Positions 51,035 through 63,616 of a stretch of DNA of 64,000 nucleotides are shown piece by piece. Made by a program: the position numbers and the translations under genes. The first letter of the stretch is position 1. Each line of letters starts with the position of its first letter. Location of the stretch: contig CM119271.1 of assembly GCA_051294375.1 (NCBI GenBank), positions 11,799,896 through 11,863,895 of the forward strand. The letters run 5' to 3'. Source of the stretch: Paraspadella gotoi. Its lineage: Eukaryota; Animalia; Chaetognatha. The notes under the pieces were generated by a model. That model was given only the letters and a program-made list of their open reading frames with translations. It was not told the DNA's origin and did no database searches.

Positions 51035-51878
51035 TCTAAACAAAATACAAAACGATTATTTGAATAAAAGATGAAGAATATCAAATTTTTTGAAAAAAAA
51101 AACAAAAAGAAACTTCTTCTATTAAAAAAAAACAAAAAAACTGATAAATGGGTCAAAGAAGAAACCGATATTTTTTACCAAATAACTTGAAAAATAAACT
51201 AAACTCTGAATTTGTTATCAAATAAAAAAAGGAAGAAGGTCTTCATCCTCTAAACCGCGTCGATTTTAAACTACATACTGTTTTCATACTGTATTCATAC
51301 TGTATTAATTTACGTCTAATCTGATCACAACAAAAAGAAAACTAAAACGTCGTTCGACGAAATTCAACATGAAAAAACAAAAACAAGAATCAACAAATGG
51401 GATGGACCCGACCCGACCCGAGGAGAGACGTCGAGTTCGTGTCGCTTTTCCAATTTTTAATCTCGGGTTTAGGGAAAAAAAGGAAATAAGGAATCCTATA
51501 AGAAATTAGCGGTGCTCTCTCTCTCTCACGTTCTCTTTTTCTCCGTGCGACGCGAGGAAACGCTTCGAAAAAAAAAAAAAAAAAATCACAGCATTTGCAG
51601 AGTTGTGGATGGGGAAAGATTAAATAAGGTCCGAGAAAGGAGACCCAATTTTTCTAAGGCCGAGATGAAAAAATAATAAAGAAAAGGAGGAAATTTGTTA
51701 AAACGTGAGCGAAGTGGCAGAAGGCGAGAGAAAAAGAAAGAATGAGAAAGGAAAACTGGAAAGAAGAAGGTTTCGAATTGTCCAAAAACCGAGAAAGTCG
51801 GACCCGCTGCAGCCGCTGCAGCAGCCGCCGCACGGTCGAAAGACGGCCGCCGAGGCGAAGGGGATCGTCCGCTTCCTT

Positions 51879-53489
51879 TCAAACAGTGTATCGATTCTTG
51901 GTGGTGGACCCCGCTTTGGATATCGTGTCGGTGTGCGCCTGAAACCCGATCTGAACCGAGCGAGGAATTTCGAGTCGAGATTTGAGCGTCCGACCGATTT
52001 TGACGATGCTCTCCGCGTTGCGAAAGTCACCCGTCCACACGGCCAGTTTGTCTCCTGGAAAAAAAGAGAAATGGTGATTAATTGTAGTAATGTGGTCTAA
52101 TATTGTTTAACTTTTTGACAGTAGAGTACAGTAATTATTCTAGGTTAAAAAATAATAACATCTAAATTAAAAAAAGGAATAAAAATAGATCAACGTTGAA
52201 TCAACGACGTTGATTCAAAATACGACAATATGTAAATGAGATTAAGAGATTCGGGACTCACCCTTGAGTCTGATGTTGACGACGGCGCCGCAGATGTCGT
52301 CCGACTGCTCGTCGAAGGCCTCGCCGATGAGGCAGAGAAGAGTCTCCAGCCAAAAGTGGTCAAGATCCGAGTTGCGCTGCTGTTTGTTCAGATTCAACAA
52401 CCATCGACCGCCTTTCTTGTTGCGAGCGTCTTCCCACATGGGCTGGACGCCGTCTAGAGAACAAAAGAGAGGAGGGGAGGAGAGAGTGAAAGGTAGGGGG
52501 AGAAAGAGAGAGAGAAGAAATAAAGCGGGAGGAAATGACGTGAGAGAGTGAACCCAAAAGGCAAATTATCAATCACGATTCAGACGCTAAGCAAAGTCAA
52601 GTAAAGAAGCCCGACGCTTCGGCTCGTTCCACCTTTAAAGAGCGAATAGTCGCAACCAGCGCCGAGTTTGCTTGCGGGGAGGATATGGTTGTAGAGGGCC
52701 CAAAAGTCTTCGACCGTGTCGAAGGATGTGATGTAACGAAGATTCGCCGCCCAATCTTTGTTTTTATCGTTTTTGAAGAACCACATGGCCCATTTATGCT
52801 GTTGCGGAAGAAGGAGGGCGAGTCTCATTATATTAATTTTTGTTCATATTAACCTTTTGTTTACGATTTACGTTGAAACTCCACGCCACAGAATTTTTAA
52901 TTCCTTTATGGAATATTAATTCTATATCGGTCCACCTCGCCACGATATGCCCTTTTGATCTATCGACGACCGCGAACAAAAGGGCATTTCGTGGCGAGGT
53001 GGACCGATATGAGAATTTAAATTTGTTGGCAGTGCTAATACCATCTCGCCACTGCTCTCCTTTAAGTTCGACTCAATGGCTGAACAGGATAAGTCGCTTC
53101 GTCCCGTCAGTCCATCCCGGGTTCAATGCCTGGGCATCCCGGTGACCTCACTAAAACGTCACGGGACCTCGAGCCATTAACCGGAGGCGGTCACTTAGGG
53201 TCCTTAGCCCCAATGATAGTTGGTTGTACCACGTTACCCCGGAGTTTCACCGTTGCCACAATTAATGACTGACTTAATGTAACATAATCTTCTGTCTTAC
53301 CTGCAACGGGTGTTTGAGCATCATGTGTTCGGGGGAGATGGTGACGTTCTCGGCATCGGCGGGGGAATCGGCGCCGGAATCGAGGGGGCGTTCCTCGGCG
53401 TCGCCGTCTTTGCCATCCTCGGACACTGAGGCCAAAGTGGGCGCCTGTTGCACTTCCTTTGGAGGATCGATCAACCTTCTCTCCGACAT
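51879..53489 (-). CDS. EIF4E: Class I translation initiation factor eIF4E, 4 exons
   Basis: Motifs KHPLQ|HKWAMWFFKNDKNKDW, FDTVEDFWALY, PMWED, GGRWL, GAVVNIR and H.DT..K.GSTTKNRYTV*. Confidence 0.95.
52925..53010. repeat. Long near-perfect hairpin in eIF4E intron 1
   Basis: atatcggtccacctcgccacgatatgcccttttg...caaaagggcatttcgtggcgaggtggaccgatat. Confidence 0.9.
53024..53260 (+). mobile_element. Diverged solo LTR of the tRNA-like TRIM family
   Basis: Retains ctcaatggctgaacagg (A box), cccgggttcaatgcctggg (B box/T arm), ggaggcggtcact.agggtcc and terminal ccgttgccaca. Confidence 0.72.
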
Positions 53490-53896
53490 TTTTTTGTAAA
53501 GTTTAGAAATAAAACTAATTTAGTCGAGATTTGTTTTTGATATTTTTTAATGTTTTAAACTAAGTGATATTTCTTATGATGCACGCAAGAATAGACGATC
53601 AACAATAAAAACTTAATGATTTACTGAAAAAGAATGTTGTAAAAACAACGAAAAACTTAAAATAATAAATAAATCAACACATTTTCGATTCACCGTAAAT
53701 TATGTCCAAATCGATTATAACGTGAAAAATCCTGAACTCTTGATAATCGACCTTTCGGCATTTGTACTAATGCGACAAATTCAATAATTGAATAAATAAG
53801 TATCCAGTACTATCCACTCAGTGCCAATCGCCCGAGGCGACGGAAACAACGCGAAAAACAAAATAACAATAAAAGACGCATTTCCAAGAAATGGTT

Positions 53897-56047
53897 CTAA
53901 TCTTCCTCTTCATCCGGAATCCATATTTGACTCATTTCCATCGTTTCTCTCTCAACGTCATCCGCGTCGTCGTCTTCTTCCTCCTTCCCCTCCTCCTCCT
54001 CCTCCTCCTCCTCCTCCACGAGTTCCGCCAGCAAATCGACGAGGCTTTCCTCTCCGACCAACGTCTTTTCCGCTTCCTCTGATCCTCGTCGACGCCTCGA
54101 GGATTGAGAGAGGACTTCGAGGATGGAGGCTTCGTCGACGATCGGTTCCGGGTCGTCTTCGGCGTCATCTTCGGGCGACGCTGTCGACTCGTGGCTCAGC
54201 ACCTGCGACGCCATCACGGACCCGTCGAGCGAGGTGCGTCGTTGGGTGGACGAAGCCCGCTCCACTTCGAATTTGGCGTAGAGTTTCTCCATGAAGAATT
54301 TTTCCGATTTTGAGGAGAATCTTTTCGGATCAGAAACTGAAGAAGGAAAACTAATAATAATAATATATTTTATTTATTTAGAAATTATTAAACTGCTAAT
54401 GAAACCACAAACAAACAATCGTTTGCCATAGAAAAGCAACAATATTAAACCTTAAAGGGTAATCGAATGAAAATGAAATCTAAACTTAACTATACTTCAT
54501 CAATACTTCGACAATATGCAAATGAGATTGTTGAACCATAATTCTCAAATTCCCTAATTCCGAACCTTCGACACGAGACGCGTCGTTGGAAATCTGCGAA
54601 GATTCGAGATTGTTTCTGCGTCGTTGCTTTTCGTCTTCCCAAATCGCCGCCAATCCCGGATTCTCTCCGTCTAAAAAGTAAAACGTTTATTTATTTACCT
54701 TTACGCAAGAAAATAATGTTTGTTTTTATCCAAAGATCGAAAAAAGTACCCGCGTTCTGTTCCAATTCCTTTCTGTTAAGAATATCGATCGCCGATGCGT
54801 CGGCTTCGATCTGACAATGTCCGTGACGCTGGAAAAAAAAGATTTAGTTAAAGTTTGAAATTAAGTTTGAGCCTCAATTCTCAGTCCACTAAAAAAACCT
54901 TAGCAACGATTGAATCTTGCGGAAGCATAAACTCCTTGGCGTTGTCAGAATCCCACCAACCCCGAGGACGACACCGTTGAGAATTGTATTGGGACAAACT
55001 TGCCGCGAATTGTTTGTAGGGAGAATCTTCCGCCTCCAAAAATGGCCTTTTGAAGTCGACGCGTGATTTAATAATTACGTAATTATATTGATTATATCGT
55101 GAAATATTACCTAAACTTCGCCGAAGAGAGGTGAAGAAAATTCATTCCGTACAAATTGTAATCTATGAAGAATTGGAGAATAAAGGGAACGTGAGCCTCG
55201 TGAGGTTGAAACGAGTGATTCAAAATGGCGCCGGCCTGTGATTAAGTAGTGATGAGCGGGGTTTATGTTTATGTTTATGACGAGAGTTTATGTCCAACAG
55301 TAGAACCTTCAACGATTGAGAGATGATATGAGTTTTTGTTCTATTATTTATTTAAGATTGACTTACCACATCTTACCAAAAGTAAGTCGGCCATTTTCTT
55401 GATGTCGTTGGGATTGTAGACGTAGATTTTAAAGAAATCCTCGGCCTCAGGGTGATAACCGTAGAATCTCTTTCCGCTGACGACAACGATTCTGAAGACG
55501 TGTTGATCCCCAGAAGAGTGGCCTGTTGTTTTATGAAATTAGTACAACCAATATAAAAATTATCCATTCATTTAATAACTAAACTAAACATCACGCCACG
55601 AACTCCCCCCACCCAGCACCTACCTCTCCCCATCGAAATGTTAAGCGCCTTATCAACAGACGCCGCCATCTGCAACAAGAACGCCGCCAACGCCGATTCG
55701 TCCATCCCTTCGCCGACGCCTCCGAGAAACCGGCGCTTCAAATCCTTTTCGAAGGGAACGTACAAATAAGGAAAGACGCCGTGGACGTGAAGCAGAGCCT
55801 TTTGCCCGACCGGAGTGGCGCCGTACACGCGAATGACGGGCAGCTGCTTGACGGGAGAGTTGTGGCGGAAGGAAGAGTGGGAAGCGTCGACGCCGGGCAG
55901 CGGCGCGTTGAGGTAATAGTCAGCGTTGACGATTCGGACGGAGAGGAAGTGGTCGTCGTCGTCGTCATGGTCGTCTTGAGATTCGGGGATCAAGGATCGA
56001 TAATGCGAAGGCGGCGACGGAGGAGTTTCCCAACTTCCGCCGCTCAT
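53897..56047 (-). CDS. REV3L: DNA polymerase zeta catalytic subunit, N-terminal region only, ~7 exons
   Basis: Motifs SVRIVNADYY, PVIRVYGATPVGQKALLHVHGVFPYLYVP, HEAHVPFILQFFIDYNLYGMNF and NPGLAAIWEDEKQRRR; ends MEMSQIWIPDEEED* with no PolB domain. Confidence 0.85.
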
Positions 56048-56172
56048 CGCCAATCGACAATAAAATCTAGAGAAATAAATCAATAGAAATAAATCTAAAG
56101 GAACAATAAATCTATCAGTATCACAATCTATTTTCGTGAACGAAGCGAGAAATTTCATTTTCCCCAACAAAA

Positions 56173-58771
56173 TCACAATGACGATGATCCTTCAGCGCCG
56201 GCTATGAGTCCGCCAACGGCGGCCAAAAAATCTCCGGAGAATTTAGCGTCGGAAAATCTTTCGGCGACGGACTCCCGCGCCCTCTCGCGGAGCGCCATTC
56301 GTTCGTCGAACGTCAAGTCCAACGCTCGACGGATGGCGCTGGCGTAGCCTTCGGCGTCGCGGGCCAAGAAGCCCGTGGGTCGTCCCTCGGCGTCGTCGAC
56401 GACGATGTCCAATTTGGGTCCTCCAGAGTCGTGGGCGACGACGAGGGCGCCGGCGGCCATCATCTCCACGACGCCGATCCCGAAATGCTCGTCCAGCATC
56501 GTGTGGAGGCCGACGGTGGCGGAGGAGAGGCGATCCTTGAGTTCCGCGAAGGAGATGTTCAGGCAAAAGTCAACGCGATCGGAAAGTTGAAAATTATCGC
56601 AGAGAGACTAAAGAGGATATGAAATTATGTTATTATAAATTATCCATTCAATCTATAAATACGTAGTTTACTATTTTGGCCCAAATTAAGACAGGCATTG
56701 ATTATTATCATTAAACGATAATAACCTAACAAGCTTTAAATCAAGATACACACACACAGTTTAGATTATCAAGCCGAGAGTACCTGGCTTCCCTATCAAA
56801 GAAGTCGTATAATTGCTTCTATAATCACGAATTATTTAATTATTATTTCATAAAAAATGAATTTTTTGAAGTCGTTACTTGCAAATTCTCCACCCTTTTG
56901 ACGTCCTCGGCGTGACGACATCCTCCGACGAGGACGAGTCGAACCCGTCGACGACGCTCTTCGGGGAGATCGCGACAGAGGGCGGCGAAGGCGGCGATTT
57001 GGAGGGCGTGGTCCTTTTCGGGGCGAAACTGACCGATGGAGAGAATCGTCTCCACGCGGTTGTGAGATCCGTATCGTCTGAAAGGAGATGGGGAAATTAG
57101 ATCGGTAAGTTACCGGAAAGAACCTCAATCTCATTTGCATATTGTAGCAGTTCAAATTATCTCTAATACATCTGTATCTGTTGATTCGGTATTCGTAGAA
57201 GCCTTCAAAATTCGGGAAACAAGTCGTGCGGGCGAGTAAAATGTAACAAATTAGATTCGATTAAAGGTCATTCACCAGCGACGCTAATTATTTCTCTTCT
57301 TTCATTTCAAAATCAATATCCCTTCACGGAAGCGTTTAAATCAAAGCTATCCCATCCGCCTCGCAAAATTATACCATTTTTTATCTTTCAACAAAGTGCT
57401 GCCATCTGCCAACGATATTCTGCAATCTCCAACCCCCACCGCCCTCTCGCCTGTTCTCCGTCGCTCCCTCTCTCTCCAGCGGCAACTTGTGAAATTCCGT
57501 CGTGTTGCAGGGAGGATGAACGACGATCGCTCGACGTCGCCACAGACTCTCGATATGACGCCGCGTCCACGAAGAATTGACGAGGACGCGATCGCCGCGC
57601 CGCCCAACGACGCCGTAGAGAAGCGCGAATAGACGATAGTAGAGGAGTTTGCCGAAGGTCAAGGCCGAATTGTCGGCGACGGCGCCGGGATTGTTGAAGG
57701 CGGCTCGACGGTCGCGGACGCGGGCCAACATGTCCGTCGAGATGGTCGGGTAGTGGACGTAGGATGCCACTGGAAAAAAAGGAGCAGGAAGGTAAGGAAA
57801 AAATGACCCATTCCTTTCCGGGACCAATCGACTCACCCTTGCATCGGGCGAGAGTGGCGAAGAGGGGAAGGGTGAAGGCGTAGCCCATGGAATCGACGAA
57901 GACGTCCGGTCGGAAATTGGTCAAGGCCTCCCAACCGAGAAAGACGGAACCGAGGCTTTGGCCGATGAGGGTGAAGCGAGGGTAAGTCGAGGCTTCGACC
58001 CAGAGACGATTTTTGAGAAAGATGAAATCGGGAGGACGAGGAAGCGAGATCTGGGATAATAAAAGAAAAAATTAATTAATTTATAAAATACTTACGACGA
58101 TATATACAAATCAAGGGGCAAATTGACATAAAATTAGGGTAAGATGACTTATTTATTGAATGAATTGGTAATTTTTATCTGGGTTGTACCAATTTTATAC
58201 AAGTCAGCTCCTTGCATTTTGATGCTAGTGCGGAGTACAATTTAGTATTCCGGTTTTCACCAATATAACAATAAAGGAGTTGGTCCTTTTACACAATTGA
58301 AGCATACTTTGATCATTTTATAATACTTTTTAATTGTTGAGCGGTTAGTGCACCGAGTCGTTTTTATTTTTCATTTTCTTTTTGTTAATGTTAATTATTT
58401 CAAACTCCATTTTTGTTCACCTGAAAAGAAGTAAGCGCCTTTGACAAAATCGCCGGACCCGAAGAATCACCATCGCCCGTGAAGATGACGCATTTGACTC
58501 TTGGGTGCGCCTCTTGAATGGCTTTCACCGCCACCCACAACACGCGTTCCCCGCCGCCGCCCGCGTTGCAGTAGGGATGGAAAAAGGCCACAGTGACGGC
58601 GTCGTCAGGCGGCGTCGACGCCGGACGAGTTTCCCGTCGACGGCGCCGGCGCGACAACCACCAACGCAAGAGATGACTGAGACCGGGAGTCAAAGAGAAA
58701 AGGAGCAAAGCGACGGATGTGATGATCACGCGAACGAGATTCCATCGCGTGAAGGGTAAAGACTCAGACAT
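56173..58771 (-). CDS. ALG11: GDP-Man:Man3GlcNAc2-PP-Dol alpha-1,2-mannosyltransferase
   Basis: Motifs [50 protein letters not shown] and [14 protein letters not shown]. Confidence 0.95.
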
Positions 58772-59007
58772 GGTGAGACGGCGACGCGGGTCGTTAATCA
58801 CATGTTTTTTCGTTTATTTAGGACAAAAGTACACAATGTCCATCTTTTTTTAATGTTTTAATTCGCATAAAAAAGTTTCTGGTTTAATGAATCAATAAAT
58901 TAAGACGGACGAGGAAAAGAAAACGATTCAAAGATTAAAATGTGAAATCTACAGGTGAACGTGAGATTAATGTTAAACAGTATTATTGTAAAATAAACTT
59001 CGATTCA

Positions 59008-61149
59008 CTACCTCAACAAAACAATGTGCTTTCGCCCATCATCGTCCTTGACTTTGAACCCGTTGAAGAGAAAGTAAGACCTTTTATTTAAAGCGTAAAT
59101 TAGATCCGTGATCATAAACATCTGCGCAACGTTGTAGGCGAGCGTGATGGCGAAGTAAAAGTTAGAATTGGCGCTGCCAGCGTAGATCCACAGATGCCAC
59201 AGGATGGGCCCCATGACGAGCGTGGTCAAAAAGACGCAGACTGTGGGAAGCGTGGTTCGCATGAAAGGATAACAAAAGTACCACATTGGTAGCATTGAAG
59301 TCCAGAGGCCGGCGTCAGCTAGCGTAGGGTAAGGCTTGAAGATGGCCATCATCGCCAGGAGAGCGTGGAACATGGCCACCGGATCGTCGCGGAACATGAC
59401 GGCGAAGGGCAAGACGTAAAAGAAGGCGTTGGTTTGGAAGACCCAAAGATAAAAGACGCGGAAATGATCGAAGATCTCGATGAAGAAATACCAAAAGATG
59501 CCAACGTTGGGGGTCATATCCGGGTAGGTCAAGTGAAAGCCGTAAGTGGAATGAAGGAAAGTCCAAGAGCCCGTCAAGTGTCTGGAGAGGAAGAGCATTC
59601 CCCAAAAGATCGCCAAGAATGCTCCGGCGGTGTGGAGATAGGATAGAACGACGCGGCGTCTCTTGTCGCCGTCGAAGACGATGGGTCGATTGTGCTTTTG
59701 TTCGACGGAGATGAAGAAGAGAGAGACGGGCACGAGCAACACGCAGGCGTAGAGGCATTGATAGGTGGATAGAGCGAGCCAAAAGGCCGCCCAGGGTCGT
59801 CGCGACTGAAGGGTGAATAATAATGTCATTGCGATGCTGAGATTCGTGAAGACGCAAGTGGAACGAGCCACGCAAGAAGCGACGGTGTAAGGATGAAGCA
59901 GATAAAAAGCCAAGACGTAGTTTTTCACGTTCATCGCGTCTTGAGGATTGAGAGCGAGAGAGACCGATTCCGGGTCGATGCGTTTCGAGGCCTTTTCCTG
60001 ACGAACGAGCATGTAGCGGGCGAACTGCTTGGCGCTCTTCTCTAGGACGACTGCGACGAGAACGTCGACGACGATGAAGACGACGTTGACGTAAGGACCG
60101 AGGAAGCGGAACAGTAGTTTGTAGATGAAGAGCATCACCGGCGGCTCGTGAAAAACGTCGCTGGGGGATAAATATTAGTTTAAATGTTGGGTTATAGTTA
60201 TTGTAATAGCAGTAAGTTGTTGACAGTTTTTGTAAGAGATTCTTAGAATAATACTAAATGAGATTGAGATTTCATCAATCTCATTTGCATATAGTAGTAA
60301 ATCATTATAAGTCCAATTTATTTTTGTACTGTATTATTATTAGGTATATTTTTGGACTACTTTTCTATATTGTTTAGTAGTTTATTTGATGCATAGATAA
60401 TTTTGTGATAATTAGATAGAATAATTATGTCATTAATGATTGAGAGTTTATTTCTATCCTGGCTGACCTTTTCATAACTCATAAATACTTATACTTCAAA
60501 GGTGAAATCAATGGTAGGCTTGGATCAAGGGACGTACTCTCATGTAAGAGTCCCATATCTCTGAAGTCCTTGCTTAATATATTAAGTGTTGAATAGTTGT
60601 ATTAAATAAAAAATAATAATAAAGATAAATTATAATTCTATTTGTATTTAGTAATAGTAATAAATCTGAGGAAAACTAGAAAGGCAGCGCGAGCACTATC
60701 ACTGAAGATGAAAGTAACAAATAATATATAATTCATAACCTGAGTCCCACTCCTATATTTTCATACAACTTCAACTAACATCAATTATAGAAAACACGTC
60801 ACAAAAATGAAAGTTATTGACAAGACTTGGGTAATTTTTCGTCCCTTTTTCATTTCGAACGTACGACTGAAAATACGAGTTACCAAGAACATTAAACATT
60901 AAACGCAATAAACGCTGCAATATGCAAATCAGATTTTGGTACAGACCTTTCGTAAGGCGAGATTCCACCGGTCTCCAGCGCCACCGCCTCCACGACGCGG
61001 CGCCACGAGTTGGCCGCCGTAGAGAGTTCGACTCGATCGCGAAGCCAACGCGTCGCCGTCGACGAGAGGAAGAGGGCGACGCGTAGGGCCACGCCCCCGC
61101 AGAGACACCAGGCGGGCGCCGAAGATGAAGCCAGACCGGATCTCCCCAT
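59008..61149 (-). CDS. PIGU: GPI transamidase subunit PIG-U, 2 exons
   Basis: Motifs RVELSTAANSWRRVVE, PY.SDVFHEPP, PNVGIFWYFFIEIFDHF and LWHLWIYAGSANSNFYF. Confidence 0.95.
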
Positions 61150-61500
61150 GTCAGGCGAGAAGATAGTTCATTTAAAAAATAGACGACTGATTATTTATGC
61201 GGGCGAATAGAAGAAAGTAAAGGATTAACGTCAACGAACAACGAAAAATACGCGCGCGTCAATTTGAATCAAATCATGGAACAAAAATGGAAAGAAAAAT
61301 TATTGGGGAGGGGAGAAAAATGGGGACGGCTGACGTGAGTTGAAAAAACGTCAATTTTCTGAATAATTTTAACAATATTTAAATTTATGAAATTAATCTT
61401 TCATACTTCCAAAGGAAAGTACGACAATGCCAAGTCAACTTTTGTACATTATACTCCATGTCAGCCGTCCCCCCTCCCCTTTTTTTACAAAGATCCAAGA

Positions 61501-62209
61501 TCACATTGCATTGAGATATTCCAAGAGATGCGCTCGATTCCTTTCTCTCTGTTTGTCCTTTTTACTTTTCTTCACTTTCATCTTGATCTTCTTCCCCGAG
61601 AGTGCGCTGAACTTGTCCTTCATGAACTTGGAGAGTTGGACCGGCTTGTCTCCTCCAGACGATTTTCTCTTCTTCTCCTTCTTTCTCTTCTTCTTCTTCT
61701 TTTTCCCTTTGTCTTCTTCCTCGTCGGAATTCTCGGAATCTTCTTCTTCCTTCGACTTTTTTCTCGTCTTCTTCTTCTTCTTCGACTTTTTCCTCTTTCT
61801 CTTCTTCTCTTCCTCCGAGGAGGAAGAGGAGGAGGCGGTTGAGGAGGAGGAGGAGTCCGAATCGGAGGAGTCGGCGGAGGATCTAAATGATCGACCCCGT
61901 CGGTCGGTCGGTCGCGGAATTGGTCGTCATGGAGGATCGTGACGGCCGCCGATGAAGGAGGATCGCGTCCCGTGTCGAGGGAAAAGAAAAAGAGAAAACG
62001 CGAGGATGAAGCCGATCGACGAAAGAACTTACTCTCTTCCCTCCCGATCGGCTTAACTCGACCCCCGATTCTTACCCACTAGAATGTCTCCTCTTCTTCT
62101 TAAGCGACGTCCCCTCCTCGCCCTTCGAAGCCGACGTCGACAATGAACGTTTTTCCCGCCATAAATCGTCGTCGTCGTCGTCGTCGCGACGATGTCGTTT
62201 TTCGCTCAT
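61501..62209 (-). CDS. Lys/Ser/Glu-rich low-complexity protein, probably nuclear
   Basis: Exon ~62209-62076 (MSEKRHRR...), then ~61883-61501 ending PVQLSKFMKDKFSALSGKKIKMKVKKSKKDKQRERNRAHLLEYLNAM*. Confidence 0.7.
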
Positions 62210-62383
62210 TGTGAATTCAAAGCCTTCGGAATCAATGAATGAATGAATGAATTCATAAAACAACGTAAAAAATGGAATGAACAAATAAACTTTGTTTTTC
62301 AAAGAAGACAAGAACAAATATACATGCCTAAAATAAAATTGAACTATCGAGAATACAAAACAACGAATCAATTTCAAAACAAA

Positions 62384-63616
62384 TCAAATCAACGTTTCTC
62401 TTTTATGAAACTTTTTTGAGCAAATGTTGTTCCCGTGTTCCTGCCATTCTTTCCTCGTGACCTTCAACTTGTCGAACTCTTCCCGACACTCCTCCACGAG
62501 CCTCTTCCCTCCGAGCCAAGCCGACGCGATGGGATTGTCGGGCAAAGCGACGGCGACGTCGTATTCGTCGGCCACGAGACTGCGGAGGTCGGCCTCCACG
62601 CGGTCGCGCATCCCCGGGAAGAGGCAGTTCCCGCCCGTCAGCACGACGTTCTTCAGCAGATGCGGCTGCATCTCTGCTGGCGTCAACTCCACCGCCAGAC
62701 GAATAGCTTCCGGCACGCCCATTTCCTGGATGCCGACGTCGGAAGGATGAAAGAGAATCTCAGGGACGGCGATGCGTTCGTTGTTCATCCGGATGATCTG
62801 TTCGCCCGCTTGGGATTTGCCCGTCGTCTCCTCGGGCGCCCGAACGTAGCCTCGACGGACTTCGATGTAATCGGGCAAGACGTAGTCTCTGATGACCGAG
62901 TTGGATTTGCCTCTCGCGGCGGTGAGTCTCATGTCAGCGGCGAAATCGGCGGAGACGTAACAGACGTCCTCCTTGACTTGATTCATGACGTAAGTCTCGT
63001 CCATGACCATCACTTGTCGATACGAGATGATCTCCTTCAAATGGTTCGTCAACAACTTTCCTCCAACGTTGATTCGCTTGACGCCGGCGAGAACGACCTC
63101 TCCTTCCCTCACTGGCGCCAAATGGGTGAAGGAGAAGCCAGAGTCGACGACGAGAGAACAGAGCGGCGCCGGGCGCCCCGCCGACACGGCAGCGCCAACG
63201 TATTCCACGTGACTCAGCGCCGCGGGCGTGGAGACGTAGACGGCGGCGAATTCGTACTCTTCGAAGAAAACCTCGTTGACTGCCTCTTTGATGCTGGCGA
63301 AGTTAAAGTAAGGCTCCGCGAAGACGAGGTCCGTCTCTGGACAGTCGACGCCGAAACCGTCTTTGCCGAAGACGTGATTCCAGACTTGAGATTCCACGTC
63401 CCAATTGATGAGGTATCCCTTTTGGAAGGGGCGTTGGTAGAAAAGGCCACTCATGTCTTTACAATCGTCGATCTGGTCTCCGACGAAGACGCGGCGCCGC
63501 TCGTTCTTTGCTTTGGTCACGCAGTTGGGGATGAGGCGTGGCGCTGGGAGGGAGGCGTAGCCGGCTTTTGCCAGATAGGCGCCATTGTCCAGCACGAACG
63601 CCTTGTTGCTGCTCAT
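62384..63616 (-). CDS. ACTR6: Actin-related protein 6, intronless CDS
   Basis: Motifs VLDNGAY, PFQKGYLINWD, VVDSGFSFTH, GGKLLTNHLKEIISYRQ and PEILFHPSDVGIQEMG. Confidence 0.95.
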   Translation of the reverse strand: MSSNKAFVLDNGAYLAKAGYASLPAPRLIPNCVTKAKNERRRVFVGDQIDDCKDMSGLFYQRPFQKGYLINWDVESQVWNHVFGKDGFGVDCPETDLVFAEPYFNFASIKEAVNEVFFEEYEFAAVYVSTPAALSHVEYVGAAVSAGRPAPLCSLVVDSGFSFTHLAPVREGEVVLAGVKRINVGGKLLTNHLKEIISYRQVMVMDETYVMNQVKEDVCYVSADFAADMRLTAARGKSNSVIRDYVLPDYIEVRRGYVRAPEETTGKSQAGEQIIRMNNERIAVPEILFHPSDVGIQEMGVPEAIRLAVELTPAEMQPHLLKNVVLTGGNCLFPGMRDRVEADLRSLVADEYDVAVALPDNPIASAWLGGKRLVEECREEFDKLKVTRKEWQEHGNNICSKKFHKRETLI

